NCBI RefSeq assembly: GCF_023055435.1
Contig: NW_025964383.1
Span: 47,740,001-47,804,000 of the forward strand
Direction: 5' to 3'
DNA from: Haliotis rufescens
Taxonomy: Eukaryota
DNA: 64,000 bases
Positions 53,088 to 63,872 of this stretch are shown piece after piece (the stretch's first letter is position 1; every line of letters begins with the position of its first letter). The position numbers and the translations under genes are program-made. The notes under the pieces were generated by a model, which did no database searches, was not told the DNA's origin, and was given only the letters and a program-made list of their open reading frames with translations.

Positions 53088-54420
53088 CTGCACTGTACAC
53101 AGAACAATCATAAACTCTACCACATCCATTCCGGCCATGCTGCACTGTACACAGGACCACATGCCACCATCATAAACTCTACCACATCCATTCCGGCCAT
53201 GCTGCACTGTACACAGGACCACGTGCCACCATCATAAACTCTACCACATCCATTCCGGCCATGCTGCACTGTACACAGGACCACATGCCACCATCATAAA
53301 CTCTACCACATCCATTCCGGCCATGCTGCACTGTACACAGGACCACCTGCCACCATCATAAACTCTACCGCATCCATTCCGGCCATGCTGCACTGTACAC
53401 AGGACCACGTGCCACCATCATAAACTCTACCACATCCATTCCGGCCATGCTGCACTGTACACAGGACCACCTGCCACCATCATAAACTCTACCGCATCCA
53501 TTCCGGCCATGCTGCACTGTACACAGGACCACGTGCCACCATCATAAACTCTACCACATCCATTCCGGCCATGCTGCACTGTACACAGGACCACATGCCA
53601 CCATCATAAACTCTACCACATCCATTCCGGCCATGCTGCACTGTACACAGGACCACATGCCACCATCATAAACTCTACCACATCCATTCCGGCCATGCTG
53701 CACTGTACACAGGACCACGTGCCACCATCATAAACTCTACCACATCCATTCCGACCATGCTGCACTGTACACAGGACCACCTGCCACCATCATAAACTCT
53801 ACCGCATCCATTCCGGCCATGCTGCACTGTACACAGGACCACGTGCCACCATCATAAACTCTACCACATCCATTCCGGCCATGCTGCACTGTACACAGGA
53901 CCACATGCCACCATCATAAACTCTACCACATCCATTCCGGCCATGCTGCACTGTACACAGGACCACATGCCACCATCATAAACTCTACCACATCCATTCC
54001 GGCCATGCTGCACTGTACACAGGACCACGTGCCACCATCATAAACTCTACCACATCCATTCCGGCCATGCTGCACTGTACACAGGACCACGTGCCACCAT
54101 CATAAACTCTACCGCATCCATTCCGGCCATGCTGCACTGTACACAGGACCACATGCCACCATCATAAACTCTACCACATCCATTCCGGCCATGCCACCAT
54201 CATAAACTCTACCACATCCATTCCGGCCATGCTGCACTGTACACAGGACCACGTGCCACCATCATAAACTCTACCACATCCATTCCGGCCATGCTGCACT
54301 GTACACAGGACCACATGCCACCATCATAAACTCTACCGCATCCATTCCGGCCATGCTGCACTGTACACAGGACCACATGCCACCATCATAAACTCTACCA
54401 CATCCATTCTGGCCATGCTG
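53088..54420. repeat. Minisatellite, 62-bp unit x ~21
   Basis: Unit gcactgtacacaggaccacatgccaccatcataaactctaccacatccattccggccatgct. Confidence 0.95.
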
Positions 54421-54437
54421 TTTCTCTGGTCTCAATC

Positions 54438-54696
54438 TCTTTGTTGTTTAAAGCCACACTCAGCAATATTCCAGCTATATGACGGCGGTCTGTAAATAAT
54501 CAAGCCTGGACTAGACAATCCTGTGATTCACATCATGACCATTGGTCCACGCATTTAGGATACCATGACCTGCATCAACCATGTCAGCGAGGCTGCCCCC
54601 CCCGATCCTGTTAGTCGCCTCTTACGACAAGCACAGTCGCTTTTTACGACAAGCATGGTTTGCTGGAGACCTATTCTCGCTGGATCTTCATGGGTC
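54438..54696 (-). mobile_element. Family A copy, full-length
   Basis: - strand head GACCCATGAAGATCCAGCGAGAATAGGTCTCCAGCAAACCATGCTTGTCG... Probable TSD tttctctggt (54421-54430 / 54699-54708). Confidence 0.82.
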
Positions 54697-55207
54697 TATT
54701 TCTCTGGTATTGTAGTTAGCTGACAATAAGTTGGTGATTAGAGATAAGACTCAGTCTTGGTCTCCAGTATGGATGTATTTGGGCGACTTCTATTGTTATT
54801 TGTTAAATATTCATTTGAAGGATTCGGGTTGCACTGATAACCTTTCTGTGTTTGTCAGAGGCAGCAGTTACTAGCTTCTGATATCTCAGCCATTAGTGAT
54901 AGGATGAACAGGGAAGCACTTGTTAGAAATAGCATAGCATATTTAATATGGGGAGTGGAGGAATATTTCTAGATAAGGATGGTACGAAAATACTAGAGAA
55001 TTCCTAAAATTTAATTTAGATAATTGAGTTTTTAAATGAGTTTGTAGCTACTATATTTATGACCATGATAGATATGGATGTGATTAAGTACACCTACATA
55101 CATTTAATGTCAGGTTTGTGTTATCTGAAATTACCTTTTTAACGATACATTAGAGGCAGGTCTGGTAGCATTGAGTACTGGTTGATCGCCATGCACCGCC
55201 CGGGAAG

Positions 55208-55820
55208 GTTGGCTGAGTGCTGTCTAGGGGAGGTCTCAGTGTTGGCTGAGTGCTGTCTAGGGGAGGTCTCAGTGTTGGCTGAGTGCTGTCTAGGGGAGGT
55301 CTCAGTGTTGGCTGAGTGCTGTCTAGGGGAGGTCTCAGTGTTGGCTGAGTGCTGTCTAGGGGAGGTCTCAGTGTTGGCTGAGTGCTGTCTAAGGGAGGTC
55401 TCAGTGTTGGCTGAGTGCTGTCTAGGGGAGGTCTCAGTGTTGGCTGAGTGCTGTCTAGGGGAGGTCTCAGTGTTGGCTGAGTGCTGTCTAGGGGAGGTCT
55501 CAGTGTTGGCTAAGTGCTGTCTAAGGGAGGTCTCAGTGTTGGCTGAGTGCTGTCTAGGGGAGGTCTCAGTGTTGGCTGAGTGCTGTCTAGGGGAGGTCTC
55601 AGTGTTGGCTGAGTGCTGTCTGGGGGAGGTCTCAGTGTTGGCTGAGTGCTGTCTGGGGGAGGTCTCAGTGTTGGCTGAGTGCTGTCTAGGGGAGGTCTCA
55701 GTGTTGGCTGAGTGCTGTCTAGGGGAGGTCTCAGTGTTGGCTGAGTGCTGTCTAGGGGAGGTCTCTGTGTTGACTGGGTGCTGTCTGGGGGAGGTCTCAG
55801 TGTTGACTGGGGGAGGTCTC
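55208..55820. repeat. Minisatellite, 33-bp unit x ~18
   Basis: Unit gttggctgagtgctgtctaggggaggtctcagt. Confidence 0.95.
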
Positions 55821-56070
55821 TTTGTTGAGGTTGTAGTGTTGACATGGTGCATGTAGACCCCTGTTGGGCTGTTACAGATCATGTAACACATTGTTTTGAG
55901 TCTTGACGCTCCAAGATATCATGTACAGGTTTCAGGTGGACTGTGTCAGTCTGTGAATGAGGAGGATGTTTTATTCCCGATGCTGAGTGCAACTGATCAG
56001 TGTGTGTTAACAACTAAGATAACAGATACGTACCTGGAACATCCACTGGTTATTGACAGTGATAGCCCTG

Positions 56071-57851
56071 GTAGAGAAGCAGCACTGTTCCCGCACCCTG
56101 GTGTCATGTGCGCACAGCAGCACTGTTCCCGCACCCTGGTGTCATGTGCGCGCGCCATCCTTCACTACAACTCTTTGTAGAGAAGCAGCACTGTTCCCGC
56201 ACCCTGGTGTCATGTGCGCGCAGCAGCACTGTTCCCGCACCCTGGTGTCATGTGCGCACGCCATCCTTCACTACAACTCTTTGTAGAGAGGCAGCACTGA
56301 GCCCGCACCCTGGTGTCATGTGCGCGCGCCATCCTTCACTACCACTCTTTGTAGAGAAGCAGCACTGTTCCCGCAGCCTGGTGTCATGTGCGCGCGCCAT
56401 CCTTCACTACCACTCTTTGTAGAGAAGCAGCACTGTTCCCGCACCCTGGTGTCATGTGCGCGCGCCATCCTTCACTACAACTCTTTGTAGAGATGCAGCA
56501 CTGTTCCCGCACCCTGGTGTCATGTGCGCGCGCCATCCTTCACTACCACTCTTTGTAGAGAAGCAGCACTGTTCCCGCACCCTGGTGTCATGTGCGCGCG
56601 CCATCCTTCACTACAACTCTTTGTAGAGATGCAGCACTGTTCCCGCACCCTGGTGTCATGTGCGCGCGCCATCCTTCACTACCACTCTTTGTAGAGAAGC
56701 AGCACTGTTCCCGCACCCTGGTGTCATGTGCGCGCGCCATCCTTCACTACAACCCTGGTGTCATGTGCGCGCGCCATCCTTCACTACAACTCTTTGTAGA
56801 GAAGCAGCACTGTTCCCGCACCCTGGTGTCATGTGCGCGCGCCATCCTTCACTACCACTCTTTGTAGAGAGGCAGCACTGTGCCCGCACCCTGGTGTCAT
56901 GTGTGCGCGCCATCCTTCACTACAACTCTTTGTAGAGAAGCAGCACTGTTCCCGCACCCTGGTGTCATGTGCGCGCAGCAGCACTGTTCCCGCACCCTGG
57001 TGTCATGTGCGCGCGCCATCCTTCACTACAACTCTTTGTAGAGAGGCAGCACTGTGCCCGCACCCTGGTGTCATGTGCGCGCGCCATCCTTCACTACCAC
57101 TCTTTGTAGAGAAGCAGCACTGTTCCCGCACCCTGGTGTCATGTGCGCGCGCCATCCTTCACTACCACTCTTTGTAGAGAAGCAGCACTGTTCCCGCACC
57201 CTGGTGTCATGTGCGCGCGCCATCCTTCACTACCACTCTTTGTAGAGAAGCAGCACTGTTCCCGCACCCTGGTGTCATGTGCGCGCGCCATCCTTCACTA
57301 CAACCCTGGTGTCATGTGCGCGCAGCAGCACTGTTCCCGCACCCTGGTGTCATGTGCGCGCGCCATCCTTCACTACAACTCTTTGTAGAGAAGCAGCACT
57401 GTTCCCGCACCCTGGTGTCATGTGCGCGCGCCATCCTTCACTACAACCCTGGTGTCATGTGCGCGCAGCAGCACTGTGCCCGCACCCTGGTGTCATGTGC
57501 GTGCGCCATCCTTCACTACAACTCTTTGTAGAGAAGCAGCACTGTTCCCGCACCCTGGTGTCATGTGCGCGCGCCATCCTTCACTACAACTCTTTGTAGA
57601 GAGGCAGCACTGTTCCCGCACCCTGGTGTCATGTGCGCGCGCCATCCTTCACTACAACCCTGGTGTCATGTGCGCGCGCCATCCTTCACTACAACTCTTT
57701 GTAGAGAAGCAGCACTGTTCCCGCACCCTGGTGTCATGTGCGCGCGCCATCCTTCACTACCACTCTTTGTAGAGAAGCAGCACTGTTCCCGCACCCTGGT
57801 GTCATGTGCGCGCGCCATCCTTCACTACAACTCTTTGTAGAGAAGCAGCAC
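56071..57851. repeat. CpG-rich minisatellite, 68-bp unit with recurrent short variants
   Basis: Unit gtagagaagcagcactgttcccgcaccctggtgtcatgtgcgcgcgccatccttcactacaactcttt. Confidence 0.95.
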
Positions 57852-58685
57852 ATATTTCCCCACCCACAGGATCTTGCCCTCTCCCCTGCACCCAGTATTT
57901 CCCGATCCCCGCCCCCTTCGCCAGAAGGTCAACAGTGTGGACTGTTTGGACAGACATTTAGGGCAAAGGAAGAGGCTGTCAAACTGTCATTTTAAACTTC
58001 CACTTTTTCAGCCACTTAGTCCCCCTGTGGAGTTCCAACAGAACAATTGTCTCTAACCACAATGCCCGTTATGTGATGTATGTCAAAACATGATGTGTGT
58101 GCAGTGAATGACTTTTAATCCCTGGTAATATTTCACATTTTGAATTTGGGAGGCAGGGTCATGTGGAGTACATGGGAAGCCTTGGGGGCAGGAACTCTGA
58201 TGCATCTGCACGCAGTGACGTGCACCCTAAAACAACAATCCGTTTCAGATTCCTGTTTCAAATAAATGTCAGGCTACTTAACTGTGCATGAGGATGTACT
58301 TAACCATTTTTTGAAGTTATTTATTTCATTTTTCACTCGCGCTCTTAAAGGCCCTCTGCAGGCTGGGGAAAAAAGTGGTATTGAAACACTACTCTGAGAA
58401 TTGCAGCAGTTGCCATGGTTACGTCATGGTACTTGTAGTTGTTGATAGATATGGTGTATTTTGTACTTGGGAATTTTTCGGTAACATTGTCAAAAGAGTA
58501 CTCTTGATAGATAAGAAATGGCAGTTATGGTGGGAACATTGCCTTCCCTTGGGTCTACTGGACATTGTCTTGGATGGTCCAATACTGGAGAGAGTAACAT
58601 CAGTCACTATGTCCCACTGTTCTGTCATGTTAACTGTGTTTCTGTTTCTGTTTCTGTCATGTAAACTGTGTTTCCCTTTTTGCAG

Positions 58686-59383
58686 AGAGGGTGTTGGATT
58701 TACTAGAGGAGGCCCAGAACCGGACAGCTGTGATGCTGAGCCGCGTCCACAACATCCCCTGGGACGAGCACCATGGTACGGTCAGCGACTACTTCCTGGA
58801 CATGGAACAGTACGCCCGCCGCCAGCACGTCAACCTCCAGGACTCGGTCCAGACCTTCTTCACCGAACTCTTCCCATCCGTATTCTACTACATCCTGAGC
58901 GACCCCACCGTCATCCGCTACGACGACCACTACCGCAGCTGTCTGCTGCAAGCCGAGGAGGACATCCAGCCTTTCGGCAACAGCCCCAAACATCTTGCCC
59001 ACAAAATTGTCCAAGCTTTCCAAAGAGCACGGGCATTTGTGAACGCCTTGTCTGTGATCACAGAAGCCATTAATTCCACGGATCATATCAAGTTTGATAC
59101 CAATTGTCTTGAAGCTGCAACAAAGTTGCAATACTGCTCTCATTGTCAAGGATATGTTGATGCCAAGCCTTGCCATGGCTTCTGCTTGAATGTTATTGGG
59201 GGCTGTCTGGCAACTGAGTCGGAAATAAGCCCGGCCTGGGATGATCTTATTTCTGCAGTCAGAACTCTCACCAACGGCATGAAGGAAAAATTCAGTTTGG
59301 AAGTAGTTTTAAGTGGTATTCATGAACAGATTTCAGAAGGAATACTTCAAGCAATGGACGATGGACCAAGGATTTACACTAAG
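58686..59383 (+). CDS. GPC5: Glypican coding exon 3 (698 bp, helical core)
   Basis: Polypyrimidine tract then tttttgcAG|AG, phase 1, joins exon 2 as RFQ-E-RVLDLLEEA. Contains glypican motifs FFTELFP, Y..CL......IQPFGNSPK, RAFVNAL and C.....KLQYCSHCQG....KPCHGFCLNVIGGCLA....W. Donor AAG|GTAATA, phase 0. A single ~0.7 kb third exon is the GPC3/GPC5 layout; GPC1/2/4/6 split this region. Confidence 0.95.
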
Positions 59384-59539
59384 GTAATAACCTATTGCTT
59401 GTATTTTGTAGAAATATAATGTATTAGATCTTGCTCAGGTTGAATTGGTCTGTAAGAGCCTTATTTCCCTGTGGAAGGAAGGACGTGAGCAACATAAGGA
59501 TTGAATCATCACAATGTATAACCTGGCTGGATGTATGTC

Positions 59540-59657
59540 AAAGTCCAATGATTGCAAGATTGTTGCTCATGCTATCACCCACTGGTTTGTCTGGACAACA
59601 TTTGCTATTTTCAGGCCATCATGATGTAGCTGGGATATTGCTGACTGGTGTAAAATA
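59540..59657 (+). mobile_element. Highly diverged 3' part of family A
   Basis: gattgttgctcatgctatcacccactggtttgtctggac...gtagctgggatattgctgactggtgtaaaataa. Confidence 0.45.
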
Positions 59658-61134
59658 ATGATCATGCATTACAGCTACTTCTGTGGTATCTCATATGCTT
59701 TAAGTCAGACTTGCGACACGAGGGTTAAGATCGCTTAGTGGAAAGAAGCCAGGGCTGCTAATTGGCTATAGCTGATCTCTCCACGGAATGTAGGAAGTCT
59801 TCTATTACCTAAACATTGTCGTCCAATTTAATCTTGACATTCTCCTTACTTGAATCAATAATGGCCCGATTGCATTCTCAACACCAGGAGGATATGCTAG
59901 ACCCTGACGGTTCAGTCTCGTCTGGTGCAACACTTGACAAGAATAAATTTATATCTTATGAAAAGATAGTCACTATATCATAGCCAAAGATTGTTAGCAA
60001 CAATAAGCGTTGACGTGTTACCCAGCTGTTGGAGAAGGTGAAGTGTAGAGAGCTAGTGTCCAATATCTGCTGGGGCAGCGCTCCAGTGCGGGAGCATGGT
60101 GCCAGGGTGAACAATAACTTTGTACAGGCAAATAGTTTGAACCATGTTTTCAGTTTGACTTGTGTATTAGATCTCAAACAAGAAAGAAAAATATGTCTTT
60201 GGAGGAAGCACTACTAAAAAAATCTAAATACTGGTCTGTGTGGTGAGTGATTAGCTTGATGTTAGATCCGGATCTTCTAATCTTGTTCTTTTGTTGTTAT
60301 TGTAAGATCCGTTTGTAACAATCATCATATTTCTTGCCATCAAAGGCTGGTGGTTAATTGAATCGTGTTTCATGTAAAGTCCCATGGAACAAAAACCTCC
60401 ATCTTTAACATTGGAAAAGAAACTTGAAGACCCGTTTGAACCTTACATCTGTGAACTATCTAGTCCTGCATCTCTCTATGTTAAAGAACAGCCGATCTGG
60501 AGTACAATTCTTTGTCAAGGGAGTAATAGGCTATTTAGAGGACCACCACAACAAAATAACGGACCTCCATTAATTATTATTGTCTGGATAAAAAAGTAAA
60601 TTTCCCGAATTGATCAATCTTCAAAGGCCACAGTTCAATTGAGCCACTGTTTGGGAAATGTATTCCGCCTACCTTTGAATTATTGATCAGTGATGGGGGT
60701 AATCAGTGATCATGTCAAGTCTACCGTCGCCGCGGTGCTGCCGACATCCCTGCGCCTGGACGCGGCTCACGGGACCGATTCCGCCAGAGTTAACTTCACG
60801 TTTGTAATTGCATGTTGGGTCTCTCTCATCACACTGTTGGCAATACATGGTTATGGGAGTAACTGAGTTGGGGCATCAATGATTGCAAAATATATCCGTA
60901 GATAAGGGTGAAATTGGCTCTGTAAATTTTGACGTATTTGATGAGTGTAAGTGCTTGTTGAGTCAACAATTATATGGGTGTTTTGATGGATGCTAGTTGC
61001 ACCTATGTCATTTGGGAGAAAATGAAGATGTCTTCATTGTGGAAAAGTATGATCACTATTTATGGTACAAAATTAGTTTTGAATACTATGTCTATCAGAA
61101 TCTATCAAATTTGAATGTTGTAAATATTTCACTT

Positions 61135-61479
61135 TTAAAGAGTCTTGACTATCTCTGCCTTCATAATGTCAAGAATAACTACACCTACACAATAGATAGA
61201 TAGTGCTGCACATGGAAAGACTTCTATGGATGTTGCAGTCATCAGCCCACCCAAGATGTACAATACAGTCTGTCCCTGCTTCAGAGCAGCATTCACAAGC
61301 ATTGTCCCCCAGTAATTAACCCGAAGGCATTGATTGACTTCAGTTGCGACATTCACCATCTTGTTGATGATGTTCTCAGTGCAGATGTAGTTGTTCCCGC
61401 CTACCTGTGCCTTCGTCACCTGGGTGCACTGACAGACAGAAATAGACATCATCAATATCCCTGCTATCAGAAAGTCCAT
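61135..61479 (-). CDS. Candidate nested intronless gene: 114-aa putative secreted protein, antisense in glypican intron 3
   Basis: Non-repetitive ORF starting AGCATGG (A at -3, G at +4). MDFLIAGILMMSISVCQC is signal-peptide-like, followed by a mature region with 4 Cys and predicted amphipathic helices. TATTTATAAG lies ~35-45 bp upstream. No homolog recognised. Confidence 0.45.
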   Translation of the reverse strand: MDFLIAGILMMSISVCQCTQVTKAQVGGNNYICTENIINKMVNVATEVNQCLRVNYWGTMLVNAALKQGQTVLYILGGLMTATSIEVFPCAALSIYCVGVVILDIMKAEIVKTL

Positions 61480-61715
61480 GCTAGCAACAGGAGGCTGTAC
61501 CTGGTCGTCCAGCTTATAAATAACACATGTTATTGGTGATTTGGCCATCGACTGTAACATGAGACATTCATCGGGTTTCCATGAAAACTACGAGTGCCTG
61601 ACTTGGCCTGGGATATGATTGCCTGACTTGTCATGATTACAATGACTGGAAGTCACAGAGGATGGTTGTCTTGTCATCTCATTGAGTGACCTGTGTGAAA
61701 GATGATGTTTGAAGT

Positions 61716-62578
61716 TGTGTCAGCTCTGTCTGAAACATGTGACAGTGTTTAAAACATGTGTCTGTGTCTGCTCTGTCTGAAACATGTGACAGTGTTTGAA
61801 ACATGTGTCTGTGTCTGCAGTGTTTGAAACATGTGGCTGTGTCTGCTCTGTCTGAAACATGTGACAGTGTTTGAAGCATGTGTCTGTGTCTGCAGTGACT
61901 GAAACATGTGACAGTGTTTGAAACATGTGTCTGTGTCTGCAGTGACTGAAACATGTGGCTGTGTCTGAAACATGTGGCTGTGTCAGCAGTGTCTGAAACA
62001 TGGCTATGTCTGCAGAGTCTGAAAAATGTGGCTGTGTCTGCTATGTCTGAAACATGTGTCTGTGTCTGCAGTGTCTGAAAAATGTGGCTGTGTCAGTGTT
62101 TGAAACATGTTGGTGTGTCTGAAACATATGACCGTGTCAGCAGTGTCTGAAACATGTGGCTGTGTCAGCAGTGTCTGAAACATGTGTCTGTGTCTGAAAC
62201 ATATGGCTGTGTCAGCAGTGTATGAAACATCTGGCTGTGTCTGCAGTGTCTGAAACATGTGTCTGTGTTTGCAATGTCTGAAAAATGTGCCTGTGTCTGA
62301 AACATATGGCTGTGTCTGCAGTGTCTGAAACATGTGGCCATGTCTGCAGTGTCTGAAACATGTGTCCGTGTTAGCAGTGTCTGAAACATGTGGCTGTGTC
62401 AGCAGTGTCTGAAACATGTGTCTGTGTCTGAAACATGTCTGTGTCAGTAGTGTCTTAAAAATGTGTCTATGTTTGAAACATATTGCTGTGTCAGCAGTGT
62501 CTGAAATATGTGGCTGTGTCTGCAGTGTCTGAAAAATGTGGCTGTGTCCGCAGTGTCTGAAACATGTGGCCGTGAAAC
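61716..62578. repeat. Degenerate ~16-28-bp satellite (gtgtctgaaacatgtggctgtgtctgca)
   Basis: Repeated TGAAACATGTG cores with variable spacers. Confidence 0.88.
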
Positions 62579-63841
62579 GTATGAACGACAAAATTTGATG
62601 CTGATACATTTTCCCCAAGACCGTTTTCTTGAACTGACGTAAACACTGACAGACTACTGCCACATTCCTGGGGAAACCCCTGGGAATTACCAAACACGAA
62701 TACATACAAAATCATTGTTTCTGATCATTTGGACCTTTTAATCTTGAACTCAGCATTTGTATTCTACTTTGGCGACAGGATATAATTCTCGTCGCAATAA
62801 TCAAGCACAAATTGCTATCTAAATCCCAGTTGGAATTAAACATTAAAAAACCCTCGTAATTATTTCATATTTTTGCATAACTTCAAACAGATATAAGATG
62901 ATGTGGAGCCAGTGGAAAACAAGATAGAATGGCATCTGCCCACACACCCCTATCATACACGCCATTGATGAAAGGACTTAAATAGCAATTACTGTTCCAT
63001 TTAACAGTTTTCTCGTCATTATTGCCAGAAATACAACATTTCTCATAAGACAGACTCCGTTTGCACTGGGCCTTGTCCATCATACATACTGTTGGATGGA
63101 TAGACCTGGTCTGTACATATTCACGGAAATAGTTTTGCAGAAACTCAATTGAGGAACTATCTCTTAAACTTGCTGACAGCCTGTGCTGTGTTGTGTGCGG
63201 TGTTGTGTGCCAGCAGTTACTTCAGTGGAACGGAGCCACTTGGAAGGCCACGTGTTAGGTTGGGGTACGCCAGGGTTATCACTCACTGCAGTAAATATTT
63301 TCATTAAGTACACACTTACATAAAACATGTGACTTTTTTAACCGAGTTCCTATGTAAATAGTATCTGATAGAAATAGAGGGTACGACCCTGTCGTATGTC
63401 TATTGCTTGTCGTCCTGATTGAAACCTTCTACGCGGCCACGCGGCCAGCATGGTGCTCCATGTTCATACACATCTCCATGTTAATTGAAACTGACTCAAT
63501 TCTTGCCGTGCTGAACTGTCTCAATCAGGGAACAAATTGTTGGGCTTTCCTGTAAATACGAATTAAATAAATCATGGATTTGAATAAACTACTCTGTCCT
63601 GTCTGAATCTAATAAAGTGTGTGGTATCTAAATTGTAATTTGAAAGTTGGTAGAAATGTGGGGGAACTTATGGTCGATATCCCAGATGTCTGTAATGTAC
63701 GTGCATTGAAGATGTCAGCAGCTGGTGGATTGCAGTCACAGGACTTCCTGTAGTACGTGCAATAAAACATATATCGAAAGTCACACCACTTATAGTATAT
63801 ATGCTCTGTGTTCTAAAGTAGAGATGTGACGTTAAATATTA

Positions 63842-63872
63842 ACTCACTCACTCACTCACTCACTCACTCACT
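63842..63872. repeat. (ACTC)n microsatellite
   Basis: Seen directly. It is the same motif as the family B and C SINE tails. Confidence 0.85.

Larger units (their letters stand above)
6836..58685 (+). other. Glypican intron 2 (~51.85 kb, GT-AG)
   Basis: Phase-1 donor and phase-1 acceptor join to continuous glypican sequence. No intervening glypican-like exon was seen. Confidence 0.85.

Noticed and set aside
3273-57851. CRISPR-like appearance of regular repeats
   Set aside because: Units are contiguous with no unique spacers, there are no cas genes, and the context is a eukaryotic intron.
55139-57995. Repeat ORFs (ANTETSPRQHS, LAECCLGEVSV, CARAILHY...)
   Set aside because: Translations of the 33-bp and 68-bp minisatellites.
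6836-58685. miR-92/miR-17-type cluster, given vertebrate linkage of these clusters to GPC3/GPC5
   Set aside because: Only isolated TATTGCAC seeds were seen (near 17562, 36471, 42043), without the mature sequence or a hairpin.
58375-59176. Alternative-frame ORF 58375-59073 (+) and antisense ORF 58703-59176 (-)
   Set aside because: Shadows of the GC3-rich half of glypican exon 3; no independent protein features.
13700-60660. Scattered TCF/LEF (CTTTGAT) and Su(H) (GTGGGAA) motifs suggesting Wnt/Notch enhancers
   Set aside because: Roughly 7-8 hits each by eye over ~45 kb of unique sequence is near the ~5-6 expected for a 7-mer on both strands; no clear clustering.
15064-62578. Many array units contain CATG or GTAC palindromes
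   Set aside because: These 4-mers are common throughout the flanking DNA and several arrays lack them; enrichment cannot be claimed without a count.
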